Source: an uncultured virus (IMG/VR IMGVR_UViG_3300030098_005893) (taxonomy: Duplodnaviria; Heunggongvirae; Uroviricota; Caudoviricetes). From it: a stretch of DNA of 64,000 nucleotides. This document shows positions 41,101 through 48,095 of this stretch, one piece after another; position 1 is the stretch's first letter, and each line of letters starts with the position of its first letter. A program made the position numbers and the translations under genes. The stretch covers positions 1-64,000 of the IMG/VR virus record IMGVR_UViG_3300030098_005893. One strand, written 5' to 3'. Below the pieces are notes generated by a model that saw only the letters and a list, made by a program, of their open reading frames with translations, did no database searches and was not told where the DNA came from.

Positions 41101-43816
41101 ATATAAAGAGGACCTCAAAAAGATGGACCGAAATAGGCTGGATAAGTCTAAGGCTGCACTTGTGAGGAGAGGTATGGGAGTAGAGGAAATCTTCAACTCT
41201 AGCAATGAGGGGGTTGCGATTGGGACAAAAGTGGATAAAGACGCTCTTGGCAAGCTCCCGCCAAAACAGCGCAAAGTTGTAGAGATGGCCCGAGAAGGAG
41301 CAGACCCAGAGGCCATTGAAATGGCGACCGGGGTTTCTCAGAAGGGCCAGAAGCGAGCCTTAGAGAAATTCAGGGAAGTCCTTCGCCCTGCGGTGGAATC
41401 TCTGGTGCAAAGAGGCTTCAACGAGGGCAACATGCAGGAATTTGCAAGTGGAAAGCCCCCTGCTGGAAACACCAAGCCCGGAACAAAGGAGGATGTGGAG
41501 AAGGTTCTGTCGAAATCATTTAAGGCTTCTATTGAGGCTTTAAGCCAAAAAGGTTTCAACATAAACAACCCTACTCATGTAATGGCCGCCTTTAGGGCCC
41601 TTGATGATGTAGACTTGGATTATGTGACAAGAACAATGGGAACATGGTATGCAAACGTGTTCTCATCCAAGACGGTGTTAATTAACATGCTGTCGATCCC
41701 GTTCGCGGGTTACCGAGCAATAGCAGAGAGAGGGGTCGAGTCGCTCTTCAATCATTTGCTAAAACACCCCGAGGTATCCACTGCTCCGGAGTTTAAGTAT
41801 ATCGCTAAGGGCTTAAAGACCTATGCCTCGATGGCGTTTTATCAGGCGTTTATGGCTTTCGACACGGAGACGGCATATTTCAACACTTTTGCAAAAGGTG
41901 AGACTTCAGAAGGGAGCCCATACAAAGGGGAGACTCACGAAGAGGTCCGGGGATACCAGATGGGCCACATTTTAGACGGCTTCGATATACTGATCGACAA
42001 ATACGTGTCGCTCCCCGGGATTAAGAAGAAAGGCGAATCTCTAAAAAGGCCCTCTCTTGTCAGGAGGGCGATTGGAGAAAAGGGAGCCACAACGGAATTC
42101 CGTCTTGGGAAAATGGGAAGAGGAGTCCTCCGGTTCAACATGGGAGTTGATGAGTTCATGCGGTTTATGGTGGCGGGGTCAGAAATCGGCGGCATTGCAT
42201 ACAGGATGGGCCGATCGAAGGGCCTTGATGGCGATGCTCTAGAGGAGTTTATCCACAAGGAGATGACGATTCCCGGGTCATCCAGTTGGATTGCCGCCGC
42301 CAATGAGGCTAATATATCAGTATTCACTCAAGACCTTCCGGATTTCCGGAAAGGAGACGTTCCTAAGTCAATTGGAGGAGTGCTTTCTGCCGCCATTAAC
42401 GGCTTGGATCAGTTCTTCAAGGGAAATGAAAAAGCTCTGAGGGCCAGCAAGGAGGTTAGCAAGGTCACAGAAAGCGGAATCACAAAACTCGCAGATGTGG
42501 CGCTTATAGACGGAACGCGCATAGGATTAGGGGTATTCCGTGTAGCCATGATTCCTTTTGCTAGGGTTTTGGCTAACTTGGTCGTAGTGGCATACGAGCG
42601 CGTTCCCAACCCGATCTCCTTAATGTGGCATGGATACCATGTTGCAAAATACGCGGCAAAGCATCGCGGACTACAAGGGGAGGACAGGATGGATATGGCT
42701 GCCGCCAACTCAATAAGGAAGGTGTCTCGGCAGACCTTGGCCCACATCATAGCGTGGGCGTTGCTAGGAATGTTTGAGGGAGACGATGATGACGGAGAAA
42801 AGCCTATCTTAATAACGGGGTCTATGCCCAAGTTCAGAAAGGGTGCCTCAGCAGAAAGGCGAGCTGCCTACAGGGAGGGGATGGGCCCATATAAGATCCG
42901 AGTAAAGGCTGATGCAAATGTGTATGGAATCCCGGTCGGAAAGATTCTAGGCCTAGAGGAAGACTACACGTTTGACTACGGGAGGATTGATCCCGGCGCT
43001 TTAATTCTAGGAACAACCGTAGACTGGGTCAGAGAGTTCAAAAAGCTGGGGAGAGGTGACACGACGATGTTTGAGGCTGGATATGTGCTTGCCGCAGATA
43101 CAGTAGCGGCCCAATTGACCGACAAAACAATGCTTCGTGGGATGAATGACGCCTTTGGGATGATTTCAGGCCGGGTAACGCCGTATAAATGGACTGCAAG
43201 GAACCTTGCAACAATTCTTGTCCCCAACCTTATTCGGCAACCTATTAGGGATGGGAACCTTTACTATGATGCCACCCTGTCCGTAAGTGACGCTGAGTCC
43301 TTTAAGAGAATGCTTCTTTATGAAATGTTCCCGAATGCAGACAGCAGGATTCTTGGTTTTGATGTCCCATTTAAGAGCAAGTTTGCCCCCGGAGCATCAA
43401 GAGATGCATACGGGGAGCTAATGAAAAGACCCCGTGGGTTTGGTTCATGGATTGCAAAGCAGCAGCCGCACAAGCTGAGATTCTTTGACCAAATGATTAG
43501 GGCCCAGCGAAAAATGGAGCCCTTTAGAGAGGACATTTCCTTGCCCATGCCAATCAGCAATGAGTATGTCTACACCGACGAAGAAACGGGGCTCAAGCAG
43601 AAGCACAAGATGACTCCGTTGCAGTATGACATTGTGCAAAGGGCGTTTCAAAGTATCTGGCAAACAGAGAGGCTCTCTGTTACGAATGCTGACGAAGTAT
43701 CCAAGGCCCGGAGAAGGGCAAGCGATGCCGCTAGGGAAATTGCGTATAAAACACCAGCATTCTTAATCGACGCCAAGCGCGAATTTAATAGGAGAATCGA
43801 GAAGAAAAAGCGATGA
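26114..43816 (+). CDS. Giant polyvalent virion/ejection protein (5900 aa): zincin HExxH, HhH glycosylase-like, kinase, ADP-ribosyltransferase, GNAT(s), GHKL ATPase
   Basis: Uninterrupted 17.7-kb ORF directly upstream of the portal. Motifs ADASTILHEFVH; AVLSPQ..W..N/VTMDTHA; HNYYFP/DL...N/FDP; FHGT/GVYLT/GHDGI/VFRPEQVKS; KGHAG/FYKKRGF; ELFQNSVDA/DNGIGM/GGFGIA. Confidence 0.88.
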   Translation: MADMEESYKDAPVENPYGNDSMDDFQAGIARHQRNIDALVREQEQRKAERKRLEDARQAEIDRVAGERARRQNEVILQRAKEDGLDDYLVPDSEGVLRSSLTEDQIARHRANKKLEEEEMAKRSLAKEQASRTDPGSLKDQLSQIDVLSEAKRKSEEESLQANRDQIRYLEASVWEEKDQLISGVREKIRASENALKADDEAIDQKAAIEAEILRNQRIAEGFPEDLARDVDGRRTWTAPPAEDDPEAGGKWLDAYNREVEINNSRREQISETEKKAADAYQKRVKELESSFVEWAESGATPKQIAEAKETLQDEWGKATAEYLKERYKFESELKKSEARSKSLDLLRPIVGDYLEDLKGYYRGKEEEAEKAQKQKRDAIADKLKKEYYETFGKIPLDGREYVDPADPVLNEIFKEQQKLIKKGWEGVPDDYEHLGPYAASMGPIGSKEDKIDYAQWRLSELDAAFGRRIEFLMARNSEVIMSLQEILWKMGSTSALPGSPSLLKQMGKYNFDSNLVLESHRFPLYNKEDSPVFDRVEAGVATVPLQIAANISLAFGYGLSRLVGHTARTVKKAAPGTQYKEYRRFDEWLENSGLTHSEAKHGMQEVLKGWKKWGKPNEEMARYRADGVILLNPDLNVLDRGLYKKAIESTDAPSFIKKHYLGEGAQERIRNVYASSIEHQANAAYAGPGGIPMPNEWMKEAYPDNSLSIMDDVEEMANKRAELREQIGTLDESDPALTGLKKEEEELTKNIEMMRDVAKNARAEWRKNTPEYSEQIEEWLRLYGRDKPLAYFTRPARSLALGGGKFLQTITGVGAILEVPGARNATLSLADGIEEQRVARDFAGGAIPVVSAITDVIGEEGPSLVFSLIPGTALGARAAALVRKQVVAGALTKKAASKQVAKAGLRGSAIGAGVQSTGLSWAQYFNDAKRVREEELGRPLTESELNELAKLPAVQGRAVMTGLLTAGTVKAFGFTGTEVVWRKGTNITVRDWWRHVASKANTTPKEAWQKWAGAVKAIAKPGIWEGLEEGTDQVISSLAFDRGISMGEALSGGGKAAIAGLILGSGIGGLMSTQQTGAMAENLSNPDTALEALKDVFGKTDYTQGEVEDAFELINYPANAPSDADAAARKLQAGILANRSLAEAESRAKAAVKLHNTKGEPEAAEAALQKLKEVNAAKGLLKIASGKVNNELDLTSEELEGVNKVVDDYGSPLLREVNGQLVITKAGTNLITEISPDAASELVALNEEARLRQIREASAPKVAETDPKVAKTDPKVAKPKEEAETAPKEAETAPKEAETAPEVAKTDPKVAKPAEAAAKPDVSKIKGAAVEGGRQVIRNSKGEHYSKRASAQIRLDRLIKDKKLPATGFSVVEEEAGKWIIAEDVKGEEAAPSGGKKKWRVTIKGVGEKTRAVEVEAETRTDAIAAAAKEADTAKGETVVVASATQIETDAPATQEAPEEAPEETKEPEPAAHKVAKVEDDAPDAKGRRRFTAYDEKGNLLGSIEYVIKDGVAIIKGLGGGGGSKAKTKIRGGMRPTFDAFLDKHKVVQTGESTDNVSNAGLKFFYDLHKTGEYEFTPVKGTAVESNSMAIRPKGWKGEKGLSALKAFRRVFGGDTASGRKGDLAIHTAGEMIRHPHALIQKKEIAPEAKEAPEEAPEETKETASVRQRLQELNLFNRVVDETEETPLPKGKLYSIDKNGNVILSRKVSSFSKTRQSEISAEIVAERGAAGALSQKEGEFWFSMLPKHEQESIAREARLKHNMGKDASDADVVRYMLAKGMTLKMLETLSRGARKLRKGDEEAHRTVLGYFLRYLRRFADRIRAITTGDSLLARRLQFYEKMAFAFIAEHTNARTLASLGIAIPDSRISDRRDVVLHPNIRKTKDGKYEVTLPGGTKQKFKTLAEAREKNANKYRDQTLNALSIATAALRRGGGLSADELEAKIAIIKKKISTIAAVRPFITKESLWAKFTVVFVDGEYTSLIEEYKKAKPKSERAQKLEDAIAAYLGKLVKLNEDITRDLENATLREKSRGALAASRMVASFAADVADGNLAQTEPMRQARREFLALVGKGPVQERLRKLPELVLRQERITERIAALATEEEAVGGLPLFDDAADPAEMANLKKELGQVTNDIASAHAELDADYAAKVGRLAPRKTQKATTRGISQRVSVPGRGLKSVMGLTREADASTILHEFVHVLQKTPDETNPDQSLWDSALGRKNAAKLRKWAKSVNPAEPEEAEAEAMETYLKEGKGRGLEVAPSLLDAFSRVASAIYGVYGDTMREKGGGYDIPEETVASLDALFADPVIIGNSVTANAAKIRDQVQRFWDGAMPISEEEVILGLPNGAVQVGFKKAKVAKQLIEKNYRAFFGDSAKVVEYEGKFYAGLDINKAFGETERGFGPSLQRTKAKRPNAGNDRFRVGTSRSDSTRRRDTASNIGITTVSDDLLARQMEKFDYDHLPQSIRSERNPQTKREKAIEWMVENILAVHDALPKEVRERAAQWYDGASKLANKLAKKYKYTKVQTAGVIAVLSPQNGWFKNASQAEKVIDIYANHRNEVIDPKIHGEAMELIISKAQAAQSAKKKVVEGETPRQKALRQAYNRRLDEQKRDQRRAIMEGITGYTINQLGRIDSEPQSWALRVLATHYWSSEYNVLSPEGDILWVQRKNPTKAQLRAGEEGSPSTHGWGSAQEIGNAIAILKNGSLENLHRILGNEHKVRSFFNNIVAPNSAMGDVTMDTHAVAAAHLMPWGISAIAVDHNFGGRGIPNSKVAEGVSGLYHLYADAYREAARRRGILPREMQSIAWEGIRLIHPSEQKKPKHLAEATKTWKNNSNARARKIIINRSRSFYPEWFVREQTPRTKKVTKGTKEDGSRLEPSTSRTTGAKRSRRRGRSAPSLQREKELTFPGIQKVADGPSQKVIETSFGTLGKTGEDAYTFLTEVYGTSEAFNEILRDTGFAPGMFTYLYPKVKKAEKDILRDWAEENNLLNDFVGFFHEHAKNGQGGYENFVIHKGKYVEKVYHGDASLLERLHQILWHNYYFPEAAYEVLGFMAKDDDFFIHVRQPALTEDQDGEHLTKEEAKEFSYDINDDVILMGDGQKPTRQGRLVAAMAEMGLVPISNTTFFDPEENVIISDLYRYNFAIELGRPIPFDPALRSGKYGNNKFGGVLLQDSMIQLLKKKNLLADLTSREEVEAGPHHQPESGIDVGEYIEEVTAKHMTEHAPAEHEISLNGQSVSKGRLTGLLGSSKPSLQKAPESYRKLGDPPERTNWKDNETLRREVDDQWLELAKESGHTTVKGEMGVVPDAEIGGEKRKMLAKFTRRLAEMAGLVPSPHLPPTLFHGTMRQFTAFKVRDDHTLVGEDGDMVLSNYWGNGVYLTTSNQDAYHNYARVGPDMRAEAKQRAKEILEAPTVFQSSQLARAGQRGVTREQQAYVIALAELSLDAEGSFVHEVYVQLENPAIIGPDERGVHVRFSPAVDVNHPVLDAVEAVRQNLEEKHDVVAPRMEAMAKLAEILVDSRGASYERVGNFLRDNLLYIAFEKGAMATKVPLDPQEMARRVFAALGHDGIIDRRAGSKFRKMKGVDPDTAHVLVFRPEQVKSADAVTYHPITKEIVLPSQRFDFTSSQINLQGGVDERGARASRSVGVRKALEEIDEVKGWNRNPLNTWEIVTDTGVAFEVLRSKENHIYLKAIATVGERKKGHAGNVLEKLKQIADKHDVGIELYPSAFIERTGERGDELTQKELENFYKKRGFVRQKSAYGGPGSEFFYHKNPLAFNPHINEDPQSAEEAIESLRLANRGEDLSQMDTGMFSEDFEESYYEPWSFEVPGRFLIADSSPEHIADLDRYIGAMEDAAIEYSGSESVDPNFEDYIDLRIRLMQVLSDFLQEPSFSRGFPPTRSGRPSLQRGIDDADADKPSDLQESSTFDIDRMLKLVGKNMYGTNPAGILGKELFQNSVDAVMKKQKEEEAKMPARIEQFVRDEWSKAGVLEDQVESAVENALWRWETDGITPEGFNEYEPTILVHEGGTWFGQEGAVLLKDESGEMFEGKLLSFADNGIGMSPETVWSKFLPAFVSAKGVGEGGGFGIAKLVFLMGPNNVRVSTVNEDAEGRRIMTEVEIKPGAYKRFLNKGKVATPDNMLEPGNETEVVPGLTIKVSYAPEMTSGADTGTAYIMGTPNPNDPNNEQWNYAKNASWNRAVEFIREASELTPHVSLATETHNASIRSQLMGTSTLYEKREAGEKPRIAKGDTWFEIYDGETQRKKTREYVIAAIRRQDLELVERYGNDSRAYKDGLEERSRNLERPAIYEYAGISRWAAEAPLDTEFLRPQDKINNWVVLEDGNIETDLFEMEILAKEGDRQIQSGSIQAKILNRTIYQFDETVSMGVGEEGLVPAGGIAINIRSKVGAGEAGYPFSLDRNNVSQEVKDEINTFMGKLAHIAYTKQRNQWVNRRKNTVLIRRPDKGEEQYGPEAEEFASYAAVKEWGQEPGDYIEVPGEFHFLDLSGTLDEGVVEEFAKDPVIAQIAEDYYEIQGRVLKYLKLRNQHDPDFGRAGFAGFAVGTNAYGLHFPLKYVMDKKFVSDNPTDSPPSLIYHDPLATLQHVIDEHSVGELAEIGGAVLPGKGLQDFKSGAPMAYYTGLYQVFLDEVAGIAVHEALHQSIHSEGVSLARGLTFNAGGLASTLQGFATVQDVLGTTDPDELAKRAKIRTDKLKDYYEQFEQDFDEQEAQAFITGTGAKGYNLRIEGPRGRGKGAYPTGKPDSPDQKQDDGRQKGGKLSLQGLKDAEEGAERAKKRMDRRGKPLRERFRIFRKRDDRTAAGAKVVKGDPSRAKVGETPEVRNAYDVSQEIYNDTYIAQNFPEWMSGAAKVRKTEGDDEIRKKIYESAEKLGQPGTPEFQIASMQVVADDFQRALASGNQTDIDNAMALAHAFQELRSEIARTMTSMRDPFQTPAQRAAYALGQAITQAPPLQVRALQKKHGAKEAGDEIPSQNKEAYKEDLKKMDRNRLDKSKAALVRRGMGVEEIFNSSNEGVAIGTKVDKDALGKLPPKQRKVVEMAREGADPEAIEMATGVSQKGQKRALEKFREVLRPAVESLVQRGFNEGNMQEFASGKPPAGNTKPGTKEDVEKVLSKSFKASIEALSQKGFNINNPTHVMAAFRALDDVDLDYVTRTMGTWYANVFSSKTVLINMLSIPFAGYRAIAERGVESLFNHLLKHPEVSTAPEFKYIAKGLKTYASMAFYQAFMAFDTETAYFNTFAKGETSEGSPYKGETHEEVRGYQMGHILDGFDILIDKYVSLPGIKKKGESLKRPSLVRRAIGEKGATTEFRLGKMGRGVLRFNMGVDEFMRFMVAGSEIGGIAYRMGRSKGLDGDALEEFIHKEMTIPGSSSWIAAANEANISVFTQDLPDFRKGDVPKSIGGVLSAAINGLDQFFKGNEKALRASKEVSKVTESGITKLADVALIDGTRIGLGVFRVAMIPFARVLANLVVVAYERVPNPISLMWHGYHVAKYAAKHRGLQGEDRMDMAAANSIRKVSRQTLAHIIAWALLGMFEGDDDDGEKPILITGSMPKFRKGASAERRAAYREGMGPYKIRVKADANVYGIPVGKILGLEEDYTFDYGRIDPGALILGTTVDWVREFKKLGRGDTTMFEAGYVLAADTVAAQLTDKTMLRGMNDAFGMISGRVTPYKWTARNLATILVPNLIRQPIRDGNLYYDATLSVSDAESFKRMLLYEMFPNADSRILGFDVPFKSKFAPGASRDAYGELMKRPRGFGSWIAKQQPHKLRFFDQMIRAQRKMEPFREDISLPMPISNEYVYTDEETGLKQKHKMTPLQYDIVQRAFQSIWQTERLSVTNADEVSKARRRASDAAREIAYKTPAFLIDAKREFNRRIEKKKR
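29893..30056 (+). repeat. 21-bp (7-aa) coding tandem repeat
   Basis: About 8 units of PKVA(E/K)TD or PKEAETA. Confidence 0.9.
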
Positions 43817-46065
43817 GTGAAGAAGGACAAGCAGGAGCTATAAGCCAAGTTCAAGCGGTTGCCGAAAAGGTAATTACCGCCCCCAAGCCACCTGTTGATG
43901 CGGGAGAAAAAGAGAAGCCTAAGGTTGTCTTTGAGAGCCCATTGCAACTTACTGCAAGACAGGAAAACCGCCTTATTGAGCATGCCTTGTCAAGGATCTC
44001 GACACTGGAAAACGAGCTTGGACGGGGGTCAACCTCTCAGGCCAGTTGGTATGGACGAGGCTTTGACGACACGGTGAAACAGGCTGCTGGTTCGTTTATG
44101 GGTAAAAGGCAGCTATACGAGATGACTTTCCACAACCAGATAGATTGGAGGGCATACTTGGTCGGGGGCATTTTTGCAGAGTCCAACCTCACTGTTCCCC
44201 TGTCTCGGAGGATCGCTCAGCAGCAGATTTCCCGAGCCGTTAGCTACTTCCTCGGGACGGAGCCATGGTTTGGGGCCTACCCGGTAAGCAAGAGCGACGA
44301 AGAGCCTGCGGACGTAACGGACAAGTATTGCAAGCACAAGGCTAAGCAGGCTGACCTCAAGGGGACAATTATGTCTGCCGTAGAAGGAGCTATCATCAGA
44401 GGAGAGACCGTTTCTAAGACAATTTACCGTCAAGAATGGACTCAATTCAACAAGGAGGCGGCAATTGCGGTGGATTCAGAAGGCGTCCCCTTTGTGGCGG
44501 CAGATGCGGATTACATTTATGAGAGCGACCAATGGGCGCAAGTGGCAGGACAAGAGGGCCAAGTTACCATGGAGGAGGTGAAGCCCATTTGGATTTTAGC
44601 CAGAGATGGCGAAACACGACTTCCGGAAGGGGTCGAAAGCCCTGACATGCTTAGGTTTGAAGTGCAAATAGTTCCAAGGCAAAAAGTCCAGTATCAAGGG
44701 GCAGAGTCGAAGCCTATTTACTACAAGGACTTCTTGGCTCCGCTTGATGCTCCCAGCCTAGACGATGCCGACATATGCGTTCACCTGTATGACAAGCCAG
44801 CAATTGAAATTGCATCACTTTATGTGTCTGCTCTGGATAACGAGGGAGAGACTACCAGAGAAACGGCGGGTAAGATTTTTGAGTCATTGCAAGAGCTTGT
44901 TCGCATTGATGACCACAGAAAAGCATTTGGGACAAAGGAGAGACCGGAACTCGGGGAAAGCCCGGGGCACGAAAAGGTAAACGCTGAAGACGACAACAAG
45001 AAAATAGACACGGGGCTAGAGGGAGAGCCAGTTGTCGAAATTGCCGAGGTTTACATTCATTTTGACGCAGATGAAGACGGAGTTCAGGAGGACATCGTCA
45101 TTATGCTGGATAAGAAAAATCGCAGGCCATTGTTCTATGACTATGTTGCAAACAGGACCCCTGATGGGCGTAGGCCATTTAATGTCACCCGGGTAAACCG
45201 AGTAGAGGGCCGCTGGCACGGGATCGGCACCATGGAGGTGTTCCAGCCATTGCAGGAAGTAGTGGATCTACTGGTCAACAGATGGAACCACTCCCAATCC
45301 CGCTCCGGAAATGTAATCTTCTGGAACCCTGAGCTTACTTTAGAGGGAGAAGAAAACCCTCATTTAGAACTTAACGGGGGTAGGACATACACCCCCAAAG
45401 GAAACATCGACCCGGAGACTATCCTCAAAGTCATTCCGCTGTATGACGTTAAGGGCCGGGAAATCTACAAAGAGATCGAGTTCTTCATGCAGGTTGCAAT
45501 TAACATGAGCGGAGTGTCTCATGTAAATGATGCCGCCATGCTTGGAATGGACACAGCCAAGCTAGCCACCGGGGTCAAGAACATCGAGAGATCCGGGCAG
45601 GAAATGTTCTCGATATACCTAAGTCAGTTGCAAGACGGATTAGAGGACCTGCTCAAGCAGTTCTGCGTATACACCCTAGCTTACCTAGATGTGCGAGAGG
45701 CGTTTTTGTATACAGAGGACGAGGCCGCCCAAATGTTGCAATTTGGGCCCGAAAACGTCGATAAGCAGCTAGATATGGATGTTCGCCTAGAGATGACGAG
45801 ATACAAGAATGAGCAGGAACTTGTTCAGGCGCAACAGGCTAGCGCCAAGGTTATCGAGTTTTATTCCCTTCCCCCAGAATTACAGGTTCGCACTTCCCAG
45901 CTTTACAGGCAGATGCTAAAGGCAATGCAGGTTTCTCATGTGGACGAGATTATCCAGCCCGGCTTTCAGATTCCCCCACAAGGCACTCCCTCCGGGGGGA
46001 GCGGGAATCCTCAGGCCATAAACACGCAGGATAACATGCCCGGACAGCAGCCGCCTGTAGTATGA
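43813..46065 (+). CDS. Portal protein
   Basis: 750 aa, upstream of scaffold and capsid; RPF...GRWHGIG, LATGV motifs and Q/P-rich tail resemble podovirus portals. Confidence 0.8.
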   Translation: MSEEGQAGAISQVQAVAEKVITAPKPPVDAGEKEKPKVVFESPLQLTARQENRLIEHALSRISTLENELGRGSTSQASWYGRGFDDTVKQAAGSFMGKRQLYEMTFHNQIDWRAYLVGGIFAESNLTVPLSRRIAQQQISRAVSYFLGTEPWFGAYPVSKSDEEPADVTDKYCKHKAKQADLKGTIMSAVEGAIIRGETVSKTIYRQEWTQFNKEAAIAVDSEGVPFVAADADYIYESDQWAQVAGQEGQVTMEEVKPIWILARDGETRLPEGVESPDMLRFEVQIVPRQKVQYQGAESKPIYYKDFLAPLDAPSLDDADICVHLYDKPAIEIASLYVSALDNEGETTRETAGKIFESLQELVRIDDHRKAFGTKERPELGESPGHEKVNAEDDNKKIDTGLEGEPVVEIAEVYIHFDADEDGVQEDIVIMLDKKNRRPLFYDYVANRTPDGRRPFNVTRVNRVEGRWHGIGTMEVFQPLQEVVDLLVNRWNHSQSRSGNVIFWNPELTLEGEENPHLELNGGRTYTPKGNIDPETILKVIPLYDVKGREIYKEIEFFMQVAINMSGVSHVNDAAMLGMDTAKLATGVKNIERSGQEMFSIYLSQLQDGLEDLLKQFCVYTLAYLDVREAFLYTEDEAAQMLQFGPENVDKQLDMDVRLEMTRYKNEQELVQAQQASAKVIEFYSLPPELQVRTSQLYRQMLKAMQVSHVDEIIQPGFQIPPQGTPSGGSGNPQAINTQDNMPGQQPPVV

Positions 46066-46349
46066 GCATTGACAAGGAAAAGCAAGAGTATGACCGGGCC
46101 CAGAAGGTGGGCGAAAGAGTCGAGAGAATGTGCAGGGAAGAGGGGTGGAGTGACCACTTTATCCCTATGATCCAGAAAAGGAGGGATGAGGCGCAGTCTA
46201 TCGTAAACGACCCAGACAGTGATCAGCTAACCACCCAGCTAAACAGAGGGGTCATAAAGGTCTGCGACGAGGTCTTGGGATACAGGGAATACAGCGAGGC
46301 CCGAGCCGGGAAGATTATGAGGTCCGCTGTTGCCGCCAAGATGCGCTAG
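46062..46349 (+). CDS. Small helical protein following the portal
   Basis: 4-bp overlap with the portal; EEGW...I pattern usual at this position. Confidence 0.7.
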   Translation: MSIDKEKQEYDRAQKVGERVERMCREEGWSDHFIPMIQKRRDEAQSIVNDPDSDQLTTQLNRGVIKVCDEVLGYREYSEARAGKIMRSAVAAKMR

Positions 46350-47341
46350 TCAAAAGCGGTTTCAGTGGACAGGGCAACGGCCCCAATTCCTGACTCTACC
46401 GCGTAGTCCCTGAACCTTTGTCTGGGGGAACACCGGAAACGCACATTGGTGATCCGGAAATCTCCGAGAGATGGATAATCCCACAAAAAGGCTTGGCCAA
46501 GACTCAAGGCGTCAGACCCGGTGGCCTCCCAGCTCCCGCTGCCCATCTTGGTGTATTCATCTGCGCCCTCCACTCTAAACTCTACATCCCAATGGACCTC
46601 CATCATTGGGCTAAACACGCTAGGCCATGGAAGATTTACCCTGTAAACAAATGGCAATGGGTCCCTGTAGCCCTTTTGAATAGTGTAATCCCCTACATAT
46701 GTGGTCCCACCATGGGAGCCGTTCACGTTGACGTTTGCAATTTGCAAAAACTGGGTGTCAGATACAGACGCAACATATGTTGTGGTGCTGCCGATTGAGT
46801 CAAAGGTGGTTTGACTGTGGTTTTCAGTTGCAGGCGTCCCCGATGAGTAGGTGAGGAGCCCGGTCCCATTGGAGGAATATCCTTCTTCCATGTCCTGAAC
46901 CGCGCCTACCACGCCCCAAGTTCCAGACCTTGCCCCATTGGTCTCCGATCCAGAGCTAACTTTGATGGCCTCAGGGTAGGTGGGGTTGTCCAATGTGCCC
47001 AAAGTCCTCATCGCGTCCGGACTAAAGATGTATTGATCATAATCAATCACATCTGTCTTGGTGTGGACAGAGGCCGCCCCCCCAGAGGGAGTCGTAGTAA
47101 CGGTCCCATTATGATGGACTGGGTTTACATAAGTCAGCCAAAGCATACGAAACCCGCTCGGGGGCATGGCGTTGACTATCGAGGGGTCAAACCCCGCCGG
47201 GCTGGCCTGAAAGCCAAGATACAGGCCATTGGTCTGCTCTATGTGAAATTCCGGAGCAGGGCACTCTAACTCCGCACAGCACACGCATTGCTGGTCTGGG
47301 AACTTCTCAGTGCTTGCTCTCCCGTATACTTCGTAAGACAT
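46346..47341 (-). CDS. Hypothetical beta-rich (S/T/G) protein, possibly structural
   Basis: 331-aa ORF coupled to the upstream minus-strand ORF. Confidence 0.7.
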   Translation of the reverse strand: MSYEVYGRASTEKFPDQQCVCCAELECPAPEFHIEQTNGLYLGFQASPAGFDPSIVNAMPPSGFRMLWLTYVNPVHHNGTVTTTPSGGAASVHTKTDVIDYDQYIFSPDAMRTLGTLDNPTYPEAIKVSSGSETNGARSGTWGVVGAVQDMEEGYSSNGTGLLTYSSGTPATENHSQTTFDSIGSTTTYVASVSDTQFLQIANVNVNGSHGGTTYVGDYTIQKGYRDPLPFVYRVNLPWPSVFSPMMEVHWDVEFRVEGADEYTKMGSGSWEATGSDALSLGQAFLWDYPSLGDFRITNVRFRCSPRQRFRDYAVESGIGAVALSTETAFD

Positions 47342-48042
47342 CAGGACCTAAAGTAATGTGCCGTGGCTCTATATGCGTCCAGAAGGCATATCTGGAAGGT
47401 GACCGCCCCGCACCCCTCGGTGTTCCAAACCAAATCCCCGTTGATGCTCTCAGACCAGCTACCCAAGGGGGCGTATATGAACCCTGTAGGCTGGGAGGCG
47501 GATAACTCGCTATCTACAGGAGTTGATGGCCCGTTTTCCAGAATTGGGGGCCCTGTGGCGCTCCATCTTCCAGTGAGATATGTCGTATCTCCAGAGGAAT
47601 CGGTCTCCATGGTTATTTCCAGCTTCACATAAAGGCTGCTGGTGTGGGGGTCAAAGGTGGTGCTTTCTCCCCCTATTGTTGTGTGAGCCGTAACAAAATC
47701 GCTATCTACATAGTTTACCGTTCCCTGTTGCAAATATCTCTTATCGGAATCTGACGGGTCGGTGAGCAATGTCCCCAAGGAGCATGTCGTTGAAACTTCC
47801 TGTTTCCCTGTTCTCCTGACCAAGCAAACCCTCTTAAACCCATTAGCATCAACGAGTTCCACCTCTTCAAACATTGCTAGATACATCAAAAGAGACCTCA
47901 ACTTATCTATTCCTTCATTGGTGGTGTTGGCGTTTTGGGCAAATCGCTCTCCAATATCCAGCTCGTCAGCCTCCATTCCCGGGGGTGGAGGGAACAGCTT
48001 GGGGAAGGTGAAATCAGATGACGGGATTACTGGTGTAGACAC
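47341..48042 (-). CDS. Hypothetical protein, possibly structural
   Basis: 233-aa GTG-started ORF. Confidence 0.7.
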   Translation of the reverse strand: MSTPVIPSSDFTFPKLFPPPPGMEADELDIGERFAQNANTTNEGIDKLRSLLMYLAMFEEVELVDANGFKRVCLVRRTGKQEVSTTCSLGTLLTDPSDSDKRYLQQGTVNYVDSDFVTAHTTIGGESTTFDPHTSSLYVKLEITMETDSSGDTTYLTGRWSATGPPILENGPSTPVDSELSASQPTGFIYAPLGSWSESINGDLVWNTEGCGAVTFQICLLDAYRATAHYFRS

Positions 48043-48095
48043 AATTGCAATTTAATTCTTGCAAAGGATCAAATAAAGCCCAAAATCCCGGGATA

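Noticed and set aside
46346..48060. Invertible cassette
   Set aside because: No flanking inverted repeats seen and no recombinase in the window.
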